Shown here piece by piece: positions 12,201 through 23,083 of a stretch of 64,000 nucleotides of DNA; within the stretch, counting starts at the first letter, position 1; each line of letters begins with the position of its first letter. Source of the DNA: Magallana gigas (Eukaryota). The notes under the pieces are model-generated. The model was not told where the DNA came from, ran no database searches, and was given only the letters and a program-made list of their open reading frames with translations. The DNA is taken from positions 44,702,001 through 44,766,000 of the forward strand of contig NC_088854.1 in assembly GCF_963853765.1 (NCBI RefSeq). Reading direction: 5' to 3'. The position numbers were made by a program, and so were the translations under genes.

Positions 12201-15200
12201 TTGTTACGTGATCGAATTGAGCATTATAATTAACAGCATAAAGGTAACTTTTATTAGTAATCAAACACATACATTTTCCCCTTTATTCAAAATTGACGCA
12301 AATTATAGCGTGTATAGCTTTAATGTGTGATGTTATATATTTATTTATTACTTAAATATGTCTGAATGTTTTAATAATACTATAATGATCACCATTTCCG
12401 TTTTTGTCAAATAAAAAATACTCATTATCTGACAAACTGAGAAATTGGGCATACAAAAAATAACTTTGATAAGACCCCTGAAACAAACCAGGAGGTAAAA
12501 GGTTTTTTTATTTGACCATTTGACGCCTTTTAGCAATAACTTTAATATGTAGAACAGAAAAAGAAATCCCTAGGGCAGAAGTTTAAAAAATGTGAAAAAT
12601 TGGTACATTTCAAGCTAAATCCCATAGGGTCCTATGTTAAAAATTAGCAAACTTTGAAATGACCCCTTAAACAAACGGTGTGGTAAATGTCTTATTTTGT
12701 TTATCTTAAAATAATAATTATATCAGTAGAAATTCTTGTAAAAAATTTTATTCAAAAATCTAGGGCAGAACAAATTAGACCCGGCCTCGTTAAATTATTA
12801 GTTCATTTTCGATTTTGTAATCTTTAATATGTTGAGGGCTAGGATATTTATATTGGTCAATTGTTGCATCTATTAGATCTTAAGATATGATGTCCAAAAA
12901 GTAGGCTTCTTTTTGTGTTGTGTTAATCGTGTTGTGAATTATTTGAATGTTTGAGAGTTTTACAATATCTTTAAAGAATTTCATATTAAAATTTCAAATG
13001 GAAGGATTCAAGAATTGTCGTTCAGGTGAGCGGTGTGGCCCACGAGCCTTCTGTTTTAAATAAATATTTGTTTATGTTTTAAATTTTAGATATGCTTGAT
13101 ATACTTTACTTATTTCTAATATTTTTTTACATGACAATCTCTTTTCAATTTATTATAAACTAAATATACCATCTCCATCTTTTGGCGTTACATGTTCATG
13201 AAATTATATCCATTCATATTTATTGTAGAAATCCCAGCCTCCTCTTCATTATTGTATCACTTCCGGTTCCTGTTGTCACGGACAATGTGGCCCTGCTTGT
13301 GATTGACGTTCAAAACTGTTTTCTTCCCACGGGAACTTTACCGGTGACGGAAGGTGACCTAGTTATACCAATTATCAACGAAATACGCCAAAATTACGAC
13401 AACCTTTTCTCGTTGGTTGTGTTTTCCCAAGATTGGCACTGTGATGACCATGTTTCCTTTGCATCTCAACACAACGGGAAGAACCCATACGACACTACAG
13501 TTCTTCACTACAACAGTACAGGTGAAAATTTTCCCAAAGCTGTAAACAAGATTTCTATTGTATTTGACTCAATTGATCATTTATTTCCCAGTACAAGTAA
13601 GTAATACTATAGATGATGGTCCCACTGCTCTTTACTGTCTTTGCTTTTTACATGTACTAAAGTCAAAATACTTCCATACTAAACAGTTTTTAGTATGGGA
13701 GTCTTTTTTTACTCTAAAGATTTTTCCTATACTATGAATCAACCTCACTTTCCTTTACCAGCTCATGTAAGTCTGTAGCAGCAAAATCAGCACGATAAGT
13801 CTTAAGTACTGGTATTACACAAATATAGCTCATATATATTTGTAAGGTAAGTCTAGGAATGACTGCAGTTCTTATATATACCTGTGCTTAAAAAGTAAGT
13901 TTACATCCACGGATTTTCTATCTGTTACACTGGTTTTAACCCTGTTGAAAGCAGTGTAACGATTAGAAAACGCGTTGATGTCGACGTTAGTTTGCATAAT
14001 GACTCTGCAACTCATTGAAAAACCAGTACATTAAAGTTACAACACAATATATTTGATATACCAGTATTGTAGGTCTTTAGTCTGACTAGTTCTTTCACTT
14101 ACCAGTACATATACATGGATGTACTATTGTGAGCATGGCTGTACAGTTCTTGTACAGGTAAGTAAGGTCAAACAATAACTCTACAGTCCATTATTAATTG
14201 TGATTGTTCAGTTTGTTGATATGTCAGTTATGCAAGTCTACAGTAAAACTCTACAATAGTTCTTTAGCTTACCAGTACATGCAGAAGCCCATTTTAATTA
14301 CTACTACAGATAATTCAATATTTTTATATAGATTCATATAAGTACGTGTACATTTTATGATTGTTCTGTTATTTGACATCAGTAAGTTAAGTTTACGGTT
14401 TGACTTCATAATTTAGTTATTAAAACTTGAAATATCTTAAAATATAATTATATTTACAACATTATTATAATGTATAATAATAATACATGTAATATGGCAA
14501 ATTTACTATAGTCTGTCCCAAGTTATTGCTTCCATCAATTTTTGATGATTTTTAATAAAAATACAGATACCTGTGAAAGAAATACAATTGAAATCGATGA
14601 AAGGGAATATATCCAAGATATCTTCATTGAACAATTATCCCTTTTCACTCATAAAATTCACAGGAACAAAAACAATTTTCTTACGGAGATTTATAATGGG
14701 ATATGTTTACATCTTTTCTCCATTCGGAAGTACTCGGGATACCTCGCACAATTTTTTAATGTTATCATCCGGGCTTATTAATGGCTGATGCAATGCAAAA
14801 TCTCCGTAGACTTTCAATTTTGGGATGTGTATTGAAACCTGAAGCGGTAGAGGGGGCGTTTCAAAACAGATAATCTGGTTATTTTTTATATTAGTGGATG
14901 AACGTAGTTTGAGCACAAAAGTATTTACTATTATTGAAATATCAAGCAAAAAGTAGTGGAAGCAAAAACTCGAGACAGAGAATAACATCTTCAGGAGTAC
15001 AATGTTGTATTATCTTCAATGTAACAACACAGCTAATTAAAAAACCCATGATGTGCTAGATATCGATTTTTTTTTCACGATTTCAAATAATTTCATATAT
15101 CACATAAAAAGATGAACATTTTGAAAAGTAAATAAATCGATTTTAGAGGAGAAAGATATAATTAAACGTTGGGCCAACTCAAAAATATTGACTTTCCTTC

Positions 15201-18200
15201 CGCTTCATAGCCACGCAGGCGCATGGACATGTAAATAATGCGGCGTGGCATATATCATGGACGAACGGCTCTAAGTGAAACCAGATGTCTTTAAGAACTG
15301 CACATCTATTAAAATGCACAATCCATAAAATTAATGCATTTTTCTTCATACGGACATAGAATACCTCTTTTCTCAGTGTGTCAATCCCACTGTAACTATT
15401 TTTAGATGGCAATCGCAATCACGCGACACTCAAATCCCTGTCCAAAATTTACATGTGTAATTCCGGATGAGTTTAACGCCTTGTAAACTGATATGTGATG
15501 ACTTATAATGTGTGAAACTTTCCATATGATGAAATTTTGTATATTTCCTCTCATTTCCGTTGTTATAATCAAAAAGTCAAACATCTTTTTTGAGTCACCG
15601 TGTCACTTTAAGGTGCCTCACTACACCTTAAAAAAGTTTCTCAAATCAGCAGAAAATTACTTGATTATGATAGAAAGCATGATGGATAAGAAGTATATAT
15701 GTCAAATAGGCGAAAAAATGTGCAATTTTAGTTAAAAAATGATATTTTCAAAAATTTCATTCAGTAAATATAAACAATGCCCCAGGTGGATTCGAACTCA
15801 TGACCTGCGGTTCACATCCCTGATACTTTAACCACTGAGATATGACGATATACATCTGAATCGATTGATACAAACAGTTTAACAAAACATTTAATTCGCC
15901 ATCTTGTGACGTAGTGTCTTTAAAAGTATAAGTCTCGGTGTAGTGAAGTACCTTAAATTGACTACTATTTCATGTTTTATATAACGCTAAAGCATAAATT
16001 ATCCTTTTAAGCCTACAATAGTTCTGTCTACATATGATAATACAGCATTCAGTTAGGTAGCCCAATACGTTCGTTAAAAATCAAAGTTTAGTCTACAACA
16101 TGTGTCAAACATGAAAGCACTAAAAATGTTTATTTACTGTAGGAAACCTTTGCGAATCAACGTGTGACGCTCAATACAACATTACCCAAGTCTTGTGGCC
16201 AGATCATTGTATAAAAAACACAGCGGATGCAAAATTCGCTTCGAACATTACCAGAAAAAGCTCTGATGTCGTTGTGCAAAAAGGCTACCATTGCAAGGTC
16301 CGTATATTTACACGTACCTTAATAATGCTTCATGTTTCCTGACTTCCATTTCTTGCTTCTTGCTGTTCATCATAAAGGCAATACTTTTCGAACACTTTTC
16401 GCGCGGATTTTTCGCAAAATAAATACATTTTTATACGCACTTGCGTATCGTTTGTTAATTCTACTTAAATTAAATCCGTGTTGTTGTTGACTTCGTATAC
16501 TTTTCACTTTTCAGGGGTAGGGAGGGGGCACAATGGGGGATCCCATAAGAATACATAGATAGAAAGAAAATCTTCAAAAATCTTCTTCTCAAACACTATT
16601 TGGTCAAAAAAAGCTGGAATATGTCTGGAAGAATCCTTAGGTAGTGTAAATTCAGGTTTCTTCTAATCATGGTGCCCGTGAATAGGTTGGAGTCACACAT
16701 GGGGGATCAAATTTTACATAGGAATATGAGAAAATATTTATAGAGTGAACTTCTAAAAATCTATTAGGCCAAACAAGCTTGAACATTTGTGGAAGCATCA
16801 TCAGGTAGTGTAGATTCAGGTTTGTTCTAATCATGGTTCCCGAATGGGACCACAATATGGGAATGGATTTTTACATAGAAATATATATAGAAAATCTTTA
16901 AAAATCTTCTTCCCAAACACTATTAGACCGGAAAGCTGAAATTTGTGTGGAAGCATTTTCAGGTATTGTAAATTCAAGTTTATTTAAATCATGATCCCTT
17001 CGGTATGGTGGGGCCACAAATGGGGGATATCAAAGTTTTATATATTTAGAATATTAAGAGAAGAAATTTTAAAATCTTCTTGTGAGAAACCATTTGCCCA
17101 GAAAAGCTTAAACTTTGGTGGAAGCATCCTCATGAAGTGTAGATTCAAGTTTGTTCAAATCATGATCCCTGGGGTATGGTGGGGCCACATTGTGGGGGGG
17201 GGGGGGGTCAATTTTTTTTCATAGGAAGATATACATGTAAAGAGAGTCTTTAAAAATTTCTGTAAATGCATTCAGCTTAAAAAGCTGAAAGTTGTGTGAA
17301 AGCTACAGAAAAGTTAGGCCACAGGAGGGAGGGGGGTATTAGGGAACAGAAAACTAATCATTTGATATAGGAATAGAGAAAACTCTTATCACTAGTACCC
17401 AAAAAAAGGGGGGTTGGTGTTTACCATAAAAATATGTGGATAAAAATTGATATTTTTTTATTCTTTGGCAAGATCTACTGTACCTAATTGTCAAGATATT
17501 TTGATTTTGATACTGCAATGCTGATTTGATCAGAGTTATGGCTCTTGTTGATCAGGTTAGCGATGTGGCCCCAGGACCTCTTTATTCTCATTTTTTCATA
17601 ACAATTTTTTTTTCATTTCTAGATCGATTCGTATTCAGCTTTCTTTGACAATGGTGAGTTCAGTCAAACAGAGTTGAACACAAAACTCAAGGGAAAGAAC
17701 GTTGATACCGTTATTATAGTAGGACTTGCTCTGGACTACTGTGTTTATTACACAGCCAAAGATGCCAAGAAATTAGGTACGATTTCCTAGAAGTCTTATT
17801 TTAAAAACACTGTTAAAACGATACTTCATAGATATTAAGGTGGAATGCTACCTTAAGTGTATCAGAAGGATCGGTAGTAGAGTAGCATACCTGAAACATA
17901 TTCCGTTATTTGCTCTTAATTATTGGGTGCGAATTTTTTTAAAAAATTTTTTATAAGAAAGTGGACATTTTTGTTTTGGTTGCAAGTAACACTTTGTAGT
18001 TAAAATGTGGTGTGAATAAATGCATTATATTGATATCTGATTAATTATTTATGGTTAATTAAATACGACTTTTGGTTTTAAAAAAAAAATTAATTATAGA
18101 GGTAAAAACATCTTTTGCTCATAAATTTTACAAACTTAAGGATAATTCATAGAGTCGTGTGTTAAGGAGAATATACTCCAATACATTTTACGGTTGCGCT

Positions 18201-19531
18201 TTTACTATCTACACTTCCACATGAGTGTGTGTTTTCATATGTAATGTCAATTTCGCAGTAGATCATGTCGATGACAATATGACTCTATGTCAGTGACAAA
18301 CAGTGTTGTTATACCCCTGTATAACAGTTACTATATAACTCTATACGAAAAAAAAGTCCAGCATTTTGACTGTTGGACTGGAACTGTTAGATTGGAACTG
18401 TTAAAATCGACTGTTAAAAAAGACTGTTGACCGGTGACGTCACATTCCGCGAAAACGTGTTATTGATTAGAAGGGGTATAACAAAACAGTTGTTGACTGT
18501 GTCTCGGTCAACAGTTGATCTGTCGGACCGGCTCCCAAACTGTTGCCCGCGGCCTTCGGCCGCGGGCAACAGTTTGGGAGCCGGTCCGACAGATCAACTG
18601 TTGCCCTCGACCACAGTCAACAACTGTATAATATTGTCGGTCATGCATGCATCTCTTCGGATAAAGTTTATTATGATTTAGTGAAGACCACTTATAACAT
18701 ACATGGTAATTCAGCAATTATGTTAGCAAATATAAAATATAATACTCAAAATTGTTGTACCTTGTTTGTATTTTATTTTTACAAATAAAATCGGAAAAGA
18801 AAAGTTTAAAAATTTTGAGCTTAAATTATGTCCAAGTCCCTTTAAATGTTCATATCAAAAGTACCTTACTGGATCTTTACATGATATGAATCATAAAATT
18901 TATGCATTTCTGTCTCTTTATGTGTTAAAATAATTTTTCATAACTATCTTAAATTCTTGTTATGTTTTCTGTAAAGTTTAAGGCCATGGTACGTTTTCTC
19001 CTGACACCAGTTTACGACAGTTAAAACGATGCGCGGGTTTAGAGGGAGGGGGTGGGGAGAGAGGGAATTTCCTGGATCCACGCATGCAAATGACAGTTTC
19101 CGTTTGCATGCATATTCTGTCATATTTTCCTATTTGGCCATTAGGGGTAAAAGTTCTTTGAAGTTTGTTGCTGAGTGTAACTTTCACTTAGCTTTCATCA
19201 ATGTCTACACAAAAGTCTACCTTTTTTCCAGGCTACAAAGTTTATGTAGTACAAGATGCCACACGTGCCGTAGCAAATGCAACTTCAATAGACGCGTTGC
19301 ATGACATGAAAGAACGCGGTAAGTAAACTTTCACAACGTACTATAATATTATTACCACTGAATCGAATAAAACCAGTTTATATTTCCTTTCAAGGCGTCC
19401 ATATTGTGCAGTCCTCGCAGATGCCAGATTTGATGGAGAAACTGACAAGTTCCGGCAACATCCCACAGTGCTTTCACCTCATCTGGTATATCGCAGCGTT
19501 TGTGATTTCTCGGAGACTGGCATTTTTCTAA
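9256..19531 (+). CDS. PNC1: Nicotinamidase/pyrazinamidase (isochorismatase superfamily), ~280 aa, with signal peptide and hydrophobic C-terminal tail; 6 coding exons
   Basis: Exons 9256-9272 (MFTFLR; least certain), 13229-13521, 16143-16297, 17623-17776, 19232-19318, 19395-19531; all GT-AG and phase-consistent (843 nt). Motifs: LLVIDVQNCF (catalytic Asp), QDWH...HVSFAS, LWPDHC, VQKG (Lys), DSYSAFFDN, GLALDYCV (Cys), VVQDATRAV. Confidence 0.92.
10080..10830. repeat. Tandem array of ~150-160 bp diverged monomers inside a Helentron/HINE-like element
   Basis: Monomer core ...ctaatactggggc...aagaactata..gctacaatttgtg...gcaagcatcct..tgtagatt recurs near 10236, 10395, 10545 and 10692; element end atgtggcccacgggcctctt at ~10811-10830. 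Confidence 0.75.
10848..10973. repeat. Fold-back (palindromic) element with asymmetric tail
   Basis: taaggaatgaatataatttctacctatgttatacgatataacataactt ... aagttatgttatactcgtttaacataagtagaaattaaatttattcctta form imperfect inverted arms. Confidence 0.7.
11516..12319. mobile_element. TTAA-flanked MITE (Kolobok-like), 804 bp
   Basis: TTAA(11512-11515)|AGGTATACACGCTATAATTTGCGTCAATTTTGAAT ... ATTCAAAATTGACGCAAATTATAGCGTGTATAGCT|TTAA(12320-12323): 35-bp TIR with 1 mismatch, plus internal inverted ttttcctgccaggaaa. Confidence 0.85.
14509..14982. mobile_element. ~470-bp TA-flanked MITE (Tc1/mariner-like) in nicotinamidase intron
   Basis: ta|tagtctgtcccaagttattgcttcca ... tggaagcaaaaactcgagacagag; near-identical to 43868-44341. 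Confidence 0.88.
15612..15952. mobile_element. TTAA-flanked TIR element containing a tRNA-derived segment
   Basis: TTAA(15608-15611)|GGTGCCTCACTACACC ... GGTGTAGTGAAGTACC|TTAA(15953-15956). The minus strand of ~15781-15847 reads tctcagtggttaaagtatcagg...gagttcgaatccacctggg (A/B-box-like). Confidence 0.8.
16510..17583. repeat. Tandem array of ~165-bp satellite monomers (resembling oyster Cg170-type satellite) inside a Helentron/HINE-like element
   Basis: aatcatg(g/a)t..cc recurs at ~16665, 16830, 16988 and 17158 with a shared aaaatcttcttc...aaagct...ggaagcat...gtagtgtagattcaagtttg body; element end gatgtggccccaggacctctt at ~17562-17582. Confidence 0.8.
18486..18627. repeat. Long palindrome with a perfect 46-bp inner stem and TTC/GAA triloop
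   Basis: 18509-18554 is the exact reverse complement of 18558-18603; loop TTC at 18555-18557. Confidence 0.92.
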
Positions 19532-19654
19532 TTTGATTACTCTTCATGTTATATATAGTACAGCTATGTACCGAGTATTAAGTACCAACAATCTTTAAAG
19601 ATATTTTCCATGTATATATATGTATTTACAAAGTACATAATTCACATATTTCAT

Positions 19655-19760
19655 GCCAGAATATTACGAGGCGATAATTTCGGTCGGGGTGTGACCAAAT
19701 CTATCATATACCCTTCCGGTTTCATTGGATTTGACCATGCCCCAACCAAACTCATCACCT
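19655..19760. repeat. Degenerate copy of the palindromic family at 36942-37100, just downstream of the nicotinamidase stop
   Basis: gataatttcggtcggggtgtgaccaaatct...cccttccggtttcattggatttgacc matches the 36942 element. Confidence 0.7.
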
Positions 19761-20397
19761 TTAATTCTCGTTTACAATGTATATTTGCCTTTTACTGTTT
19801 ATACATGCATAATTATGTTGTTTTAAACCATTTTATGACTTTATAATATTTCCCATGCGCCATATAGCATAAAAAGCATATACACTGTTCATGTGGCCTA
19901 CAAAACAACTCAAATGCCATTTCGTGATACAAAATGTATGAAAGACAAGGAATTATAATACCTGTAAATTTTAAACATAGTGAATTGGTTGTGAATTAAA
20001 GACAAAATCACATTACAGTGCCTTCACCTTTATTTATAATGATGATTGAATATTGAACGTATCAAACAATAAAGAGATTGGAAAGCAGAACAACCAACAC
20101 ACAATATAGACACTGCTTCATTATTTAGAAGTCAGTTTGGCGCCAAATTATAAAGTTGACATCCTGATTCTGTTTAGCTTTTTTTCTGGGGGTTTTGGGG
20201 GTTTTTTTGCATTATTTTTTATTTCCTAACAATTAAAGAAATATCAAAACGGCGATAAACAAACTGAAATATTATCTCTTTTTATGCTCTAAGTTAGTGA
20301 TTTCCAAATAATAAGCATTTTGCTGCTATCGGTACATAAACATTACACAGAAGTAATATGACTATGCCAAAAAATGCATGGTTTGTATACGAAATCT

Positions 20398-23083
20398 TCA
20401 GTGGTCTGACTGTGTGGCGGCATCAGGGGGCGGAGTCATTGCCTGTAACCACGTGTGGATCCGCCCTGGTAACTGATAGAGGTAATAGTCAAATTTGCAC
20501 CTTGTACCGCAAAGGTAACTTCTTTTGGGCATCACGGAAAACAGAGCATGGCTCAGTGCATTGTTTACCTCTGATAGGTCCTCACATTGGCTAGTTGTTA
20601 TACCAACAAACTGCTCCTTTGCTACAAAAACAGGTAAGTATATTTAAATGGTTGTACAGGTTACCCTTTAAATAGCAATTGTAACATCTGGGGTAGTTTT
20701 TTGTTTGTTTATGAATAACTTGGCAAGACTTATTTTACTTCATAATCCAATTTGCAGAACCAGAAGCTGGTTTTTTTTAAGGCGTCGAGCTAAATTAAAT
20801 GCTCAGCAGCCTTCTAGCGATCGTCTGGATTGGCAATCGTCCAAAAATTCATGCTCTGCACCGCCTTTTAAATATGCACAAGATATAAGTTCCTTAAAGT
20901 ATTACAGAATTTTTATTCCATTTATTCAACTACATTGTGTACAAAAAATCCAACTTTGCTTCCCTGGTTATTGACAACTCATTGCATAAGTATAAATTTG
21001 CCTAATCAGGAATGGCGGATGAATACAATAAGGTGTAAACATTCACGAAATATTATTTTAGTTTACCGCTTATATTCTAATTGGAGACCATGCTCGATAA
21101 AAATAAAATTTAATATGTAAATTTATTTTTTATCGGGCACGGCCTCCAAAATGAATGTAAGCTATAAACGTATCTAGTGATTTTGTTGCATTAAATAAAC
21201 ACGATAATGCAGTCGGTTTGGTCGAGCATTTTCAATAGCACATGTTGTGGATTTGTTTGTAAACAACCATGTAATCTTGTTTCAAAAATAAAAGTATGTC
21301 TTACTATTATAATTAGGGACACACTGTAAATGTATTCAAATTATATATATGAACCTTGAAAATTGTTCAAAGACTGTTTCAAGGAGAAAAAAATGTAATT
21401 TATTTTTTAACTTTGAAATTTCTTTGATTTTTGTAACCATGATGATTTATTGTATTATAAACGCATCACAACCTAATTTATAAGGAAATATACTGATTTT
21501 TGTTTTTAAAGGACATAAATCATTTACTTTTTTATTCTAATATGTATTATTTGATATACGACTATTAGTACAAAAATTCAAATTATTGATATCATTTTAT
21601 AAATCTATATAAAAGAAAATGTCAGGTCGACGCCTTTGTGGCCGTTCCGGCCTTTGATTCTTATTCCACATTTGGACTACATGTATTTTCTTAAATTTGG
21701 CGCCTTTCATATTCTTATGATAAAAATTGAGTGATATATTGCTATAAACGATAAGACAATATATAATTAACATAGAAAGGATATGTTGAGTCGTTGGTGA
21801 TTGCTACTCACTTTCCTGTAACCACTTTTGGCCGTAGAAAGCTTGTACTTCACTGTCTGCCGCGTCAAACGCCTTCTGTAGGGTTGACTTCATCTCCTCT
21901 GGATCTACGATGCTGGTTTTGAATGCTCCAGGTTGAATGGTGTGAAACGTCACGCCAGCGTAATAAAGTTCACGTCTACAAAGAAAGACTAAGCATAAAT
22001 GTAACAGGAGAAACGTCTCTACTATTATCTAAAGTATGCATTGGACGTTTCCAAAAGGAATAAGATTTCAATGTCAAGTGAACGTGGTAAGTATACTATA
22101 GTGTAAAAACATATACTGTAAGGATCGGTACTATTTTAAAAGTTTCAGCATTTTTTTCTTACAGAACAAACATATTTGTTAGCAACATGTGACAACGTCA
22201 TTTATGGCTTTGATGACTTATGATTTATGTACATGTAATTCATGAATTACAAAAGAGCAATGCTACCATGATAGGATAAGTAATAAAACATAAGTTACAT
22301 TTGTGTTATTTCAATACTTTGTTGTCTGACAGATATGTTTCAAACCTTAAACATTCTGCCATAGCATCCAATCCAACTTTGCTGATGACGTAAGGTACTC
22401 GGCATGCGTAAGATTGGAATGCACAATCACTGGTAGTACAAACAACCCTTCCTTTAGCCTTCCTAACGAGAGGCAAGAATGCTTTGGTCACCTCAATAGC
22501 CCCAAACAAGTTGACAGCCATACACTTGTATATGGCTTCATAAGAATGGAATTCCAGCGGCGCGTGCAACACCTGAATCCCTGCATTGTTGACTAATCCC
22601 CAAAGACCTTTTGAAAAATATATGGGTTATTTTACAGGGGTTGCGCAATCAAAGATTTCATGTTATAATTAAGAAGTAACTCGTCTTTTTCACATAATGC
22701 ACGAACGGGTTCCGGTTTTTTTAAGCTCTTACATTAGGCAAAATCTTACCTTCTGACTTGGGAAGGATGCGTTTGACAGATTCCACAGCATTTCGGATAC
22801 TTGTTTGATCTGTGACGTCAATTTGCACGACACGTAATCGAGATGACGTTTTCCTTTTTAAGTCCGCACCGCCCTTTTCCGTCAAACATCCGGCGATCAC
22901 TGGGACCCCTTGTTTGTCCAATATCCGAGCCAAATCGTTCCCAAATCCGGAATCACAGCCCGTAATAAACACGTAACGATTGGTTATTTTTTCTATGAAA
23001 GTTTTACCTTTTTGGTTCTCGTAGATTTTATACGCAATATAAATAACCAAAATTAATGCTAGAATTAAACAGCACATGGTCAT
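20398..23083 (-). CDS. Short-chain dehydrogenase/reductase, RDH16/HSD17B6/BDH1-like, 327 aa, 4 exons
   Basis: Exons 23083-22750, 22607-22346, 21975-21812, 20621-20398; phase-consistent (984 nt). N-terminal hydrophobic anchor, TGCDSGFG, LWGLVNNAGI, YVISK (YxxxK), IQPGAFKT, DLSEVNNALSHALFSVMPKRSYLCG. Confidence 0.93.

Noticed and set aside
13182-13228. ORF-track start (TTG) for the nicotinamidase and read-through to 13604
   Set aside because: These are intron sequence: acceptor at 13227-13228 and donor at 13522; catalytic motifs continue in downstream exons.
16510-17330. Regularly spaced repeats as a CRISPR array
   Set aside because: The whole ~165-bp monomer repeats with no unique spacers, there are no cas genes, and the context is eukaryotic.
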